A DNA stretch of 50,860 nucleotides from Octopus bimaculoides (lineage: Eukaryota). The position numbers were made by a program, and so were the translations under genes. The notes beneath the pieces were generated by a model. It saw only the letters and a program-made list of their open reading frames with translations, was not told the origin of the DNA and ran no database searches. Positions within the stretch are counted from its first letter, which is position 1. Every line of letters starts with the position of its first letter. Location: the NCBI RefSeq assembly GCF_001194135.2, contig NC_068984.1, positions 132,795,833-132,846,692 on the forward strand, in the 5' to 3' direction. Of the stretch, positions 46,843 to 50,860 are shown one piece after another.

Positions 46843-49800
46843 ACACACACATACAAAAATATAAAGACATGTACATTGATATAAATATACATGCACAAAC
46901 ATATATAGACATACATACATGTGTGTGTGTGTGTGTATCAAATGTTATACAGAGATACATGAGCACACACACCATACATACATACATACATATACATACA
47001 TACACACACACACATTGGTTAACGTCTATTTTCCATGCTGACATATACATATACACATACATACATACGTACATACGCATACATACATATACCAACAAGA
47101 AATCAGTTTACAGGGTACATGATATGAAACGCTTTACATCAAATATTGCAAAAGCATTGTATTCACGATATAAAAAAATCAAATCTCTCAATGTGTACAA
47201 CAACAACTCAAAGCAGTGTACTTTTTCTATTGGAGTGATAAAAATTCCATTGAATTGCATTTAAATCAAATTTAGCAATATTTTAAAAACAACAACAACA
47301 ACAACAACACATGTTAAACAAATATTGCATATTTGTTCAAAATTATTAAAAAAAAAAAAAAAGATTTCAATACTCTTCAAAAGAAGAGAAAGAAACGGTA
47401 ACTTCATATAGGTGGTGGGGGCTATGAGAAATACAGGAAGTAGAAAAGGGCTAACCAACAAGGAATGGATGTAAATGTATAAGACTAGGTGGGGTGGGGT
47501 GGGGGACGTTAACATGTTGCAAGTAGGTAATGGAACAGATGTCAGGTGAGAGTTAAGTAAACGATTAAAATAGGTGTATATACAATATGATAACAAAAGA
47601 GTGAAGTTTCTTTGTCATAAGCTAAGGACCTCTGCACGGAAACACTGCTAACATTGATGCACATCACTTAATTAATATAGGCAACTGGACACTAAGCAAA
47701 GAAAGGAAAACTTCGTCGAAAGGAAAACTATGGAATTAAAGAGAGGGAGAAGAGAAAGGAAACATTTGAAAATAATTTCAAGATTCATTTGATATTAGAA
47801 ATGATTATTCCAAATATTAAATTTCATTGTTTTTTTTTTTTTTTTTTCTTTTCACATGGTTAGTAGTTTCCAATAATGAGAGAGAGAGAGAGGGAGATTG
47901 ATAGAGAGAGAGAAAAGTAAGCTATTTATGCAAAAACCTGTTGAAGATAAAAACAGGATTGTTAAGCAATAAATAGACATTTATAATTTGAAAGCTTCTT
48001 TTTCAATTCAAAAGGATAAAATGGACAGACAAATCTTAAAAATCTGTCCAATTTTCTTGCAACATTCCATTTTATTTGTACTACATTGTTTCACTCATTA
48101 CAACGAGCTGTAGAGCAGAGTCAAAATGGGTTTAAAATTATAGCAGAAACCTACTCCAATAACAATAGCATCTCTATTAGAGTAGTTTCTTCTTTAAAGA
48201 AATGTAAATATGCCAAATTGAAGAGAGTCACATTGCAGTACAATAACAGGATAAAGAGCTAACCATTTCTAGCTTTTGGATTATTTCTGGTAATTCCAAC
48301 TAGCTTCAACTTGGATTACCATGAATGAACTCATGGATTCATTATTCTACAATTCCAATAGAAATTGAAGAACACTAAACCCTTGTCCATAACCTTTTGA
48401 TTACCACACAGAGCATATACATTCAGCTCAAGATTTGGGATATTTTAAATAGCTTTCTTTCTTTTATTTGGTTTTCATATTTTTGTTACACTACAGTCAT
48501 TAAAATTCCCATATTGTTGTTTTATAGTTTACAAAATGGAAAAATCAAATTGCTAGACAAAATCAGAAATTCATAGAGATATTTTACTTCGAAGATGGTC
48601 ACCAAGTGGCCATGGATGTAGAAGATAATTTGCGCATTTATGCATGCAGACATGCATACATTCAGATTAATAAATAGTGGTTATTTACGACACATTTTGG
48701 GGCTGCTATATTCTCAAACTTTATACTTCAGTAACATTTCCATTCTGCTTTCTAAAGATATTCAACTGCTGCATTTTGCAAGTCTTTTTGTGTTTTATTT
48801 CTGCTATGAATTTAGATTTACAATCCATGTATTTCTTAAGTATTGTTTCTGAATATTCCACTTAAATTGTTGCAGATAAACACTTGTTGTTGTTGTTGAT
48901 GAGTTAGACAGATAAATACAGAGATAGATAGATAGACAGAGAGAGAGAGAGAGAGCAAGAGTGAGAGAGAAATAGACAGGGACAGATACAAAGGGAAGAG
49001 GAAGAGAGAAGGGGAAGAGTGAAAGAGAAGAGCTGATTTATGTAGATTAAGTTTATAAGTTTGTATAGAAATATATTCCCATCTCTTTACTAAGAACTAA
49101 CATCTCTTGTAAAAGTCAGAACATATTAAAAACAAGAAATAGATTCTCAAATGGGAAAAGAAAAAAAAAAACTAAAAAGAGAAGCTCTATTTCTGTTAAC
49201 TATTTTTTTTCTATCAACATTGAGCATGCTACTAATATATGGCTACCGATAGTGACTAAACAATAGAGACAGGTATATATAATCATACCTTCTTATGGTC
49301 TAAAACTGTTTATTATAAAAAAAAAAATAATAACCCAAGAAAGAACTACCAATAGGAGAAAGAAACTTCAATGCTATATAGCTGCCATTATTTAAGAAGA
49401 CAACTAAAGTTTTTGAATCCAGTTATTACATATATATAACACTAGTTCTCTTTGTTGAAAAATGCATAGAAATTGAGTAAGAAAAACAAAATGTGTGTAA
49501 GACATATATCCACGTACATCTTGAGAGTGAAGAGATGATTTCAGTTTTTTAATCTGTTGAGTGAATATTAAAAGGTCATTTGTACAAATGATATTGTGTA
49601 CAGCTCAACTAGTAAATTAGTATGTTTTGTAGGATTCAGTTCTCTTAAATATGAATGATCAATGTAGCTTTTAGATTTCTTTTTTATATACAGATAATAG
49701 ACGTCTTCATACACACACTGGTATTGCAGATAGGTCAACTGGCTAAACTACTACAGTGATTAACATGCTTCTAAAATAAGTTTTTAAAAAAATAGCTCAC

Positions 49801-50685
49801 TAGTTAAAGTAAAAGCCGAAAATATAACTAAAGAAGAATATAATGCCATGAAATTTAACATTTCTGTGATTTTAATAAAAAGTACAATATATATATATAT
49901 AGATGCTCAATGGTCTTGCTGATAGCTATTTTGCTGAAGGACATTTTAAATGTTGGTAATTTTTATATGATTATGATACTCTTATTGCTACATGATATTA
50001 TCAAAAAAATAAAGAAAGTTGAGGAGGGCAAGATTGAAATTAATTTTTTTTTTGTTCAAATGAGTACTGACATTTCAATACAGGAATTACTTCCTTTGGC
50101 CAAATAATGGAGATCTGTGATTGAAAAATTATAAAAGACAGGATTTTATATTAGTTGTAGTTTATCATTCTATTTCACACAGACCAGCTAGAATTGGATT
50201 AACTTTTTGACAGATTGCAAAACAAGTGCAGCATTTGTCTATATGCAGTGCAAAGAGAAACTTCTGGAAGAATTACAAAGTTTCTTGCATTGATACATTC
50301 TTTGGTTGAGAGAGTGAGAACGAGATAGTGGGGGAAGAGACAGAAGAAGAAGAAGAGAGAGAGAAAGAAAGAGGGAGACAGAGAAAAGCTGATATTTTCT
50401 ATTTTAGAGAATTCTATTTCTAGAGACTACAAGCAGAAATGGTTTTCTGCATTTCAACAATGACATGATGTAGCAGAAAGGAGAAATTTCAAAACATCAA
50501 TTATGACTTACATTGTTTTTTACAGCAGTAATGGATGGGAGATGAGTTGTTGAGGGTAATTTGCTTCCATATACTCAGCTTGTCTGATTATGTAATAGAG
50601 GAGATAAGCTGACCAAGTGAAGGCAAATCTACCATTAGTAAATGAGGTTGTAGTTTAGGCAACGAAACCAATTAAAAATCAAATC

Positions 50686-50730
<45 letters not shown>

Positions 50731-50860
50731 AAATCAATAAAATCAAATTACTTTATTTCAATTCAATTTAAAACAACAGCTTTGGATTGTTAATTACTTT
50801 GCTTAATTTAAAAAAAATTTTTTTTAAGCAGTTGCTTGTTACCTTTCATAAAATATGATC

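Noticed and set aside
47488-47505. G-run cluster (possible G-quadruplex)
   Set aside because: Only three full G-tracts, and it lies on the strand opposite the presumed transcript.

Overview
AT-rich, gap-ridden eukaryotic draft sequence (N runs, dense microsatellites). The repeat families look like those of an octopus genome; this is recognition from memory, not a database search. One protein-coding gene is well supported: the 5' half of an SLC17-family (sialin / inorganic-phosphate cotransporter-like) MFS anion transporter on the minus strand. Its firm exons are 4408-4610, 2936-3172 and 735-822, and phase-compatible candidate upstream exons lie at 6227-6269 and 14195-14266. The gene continues off the left edge through an intron holding the 5' LTR and primer-binding site of an LTR retrotransposon. 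A CpG-retaining zone (~11-17.4 kb) probably holds a divergent promoter, with a possible small spliced plus-strand gene running rightwards. The rest is tRNA-derived SINEs, RTE/Tx1/Penelope retroelement remnants, several Tc1/mariner relics (Tc1, DD34D, maT-like, a long-inverted-repeat mariner), a Helitron helicase fragment and hAT/piggyBac-like MITEs. From ~43.7 kb there is what looks like the long 3' UTR of a minus-strand gene outside the window. Most ORFs in the supplied track are microsatellite or N-gap artefacts. I found no clearly new biological system. The most unusual details are a tandemly duplicated in-frame splice donor, loss of protonatable TM4 residues in the transporter, a hammerhead-like motif, the sense-oriented intronic LTR and the long-IR mariner.
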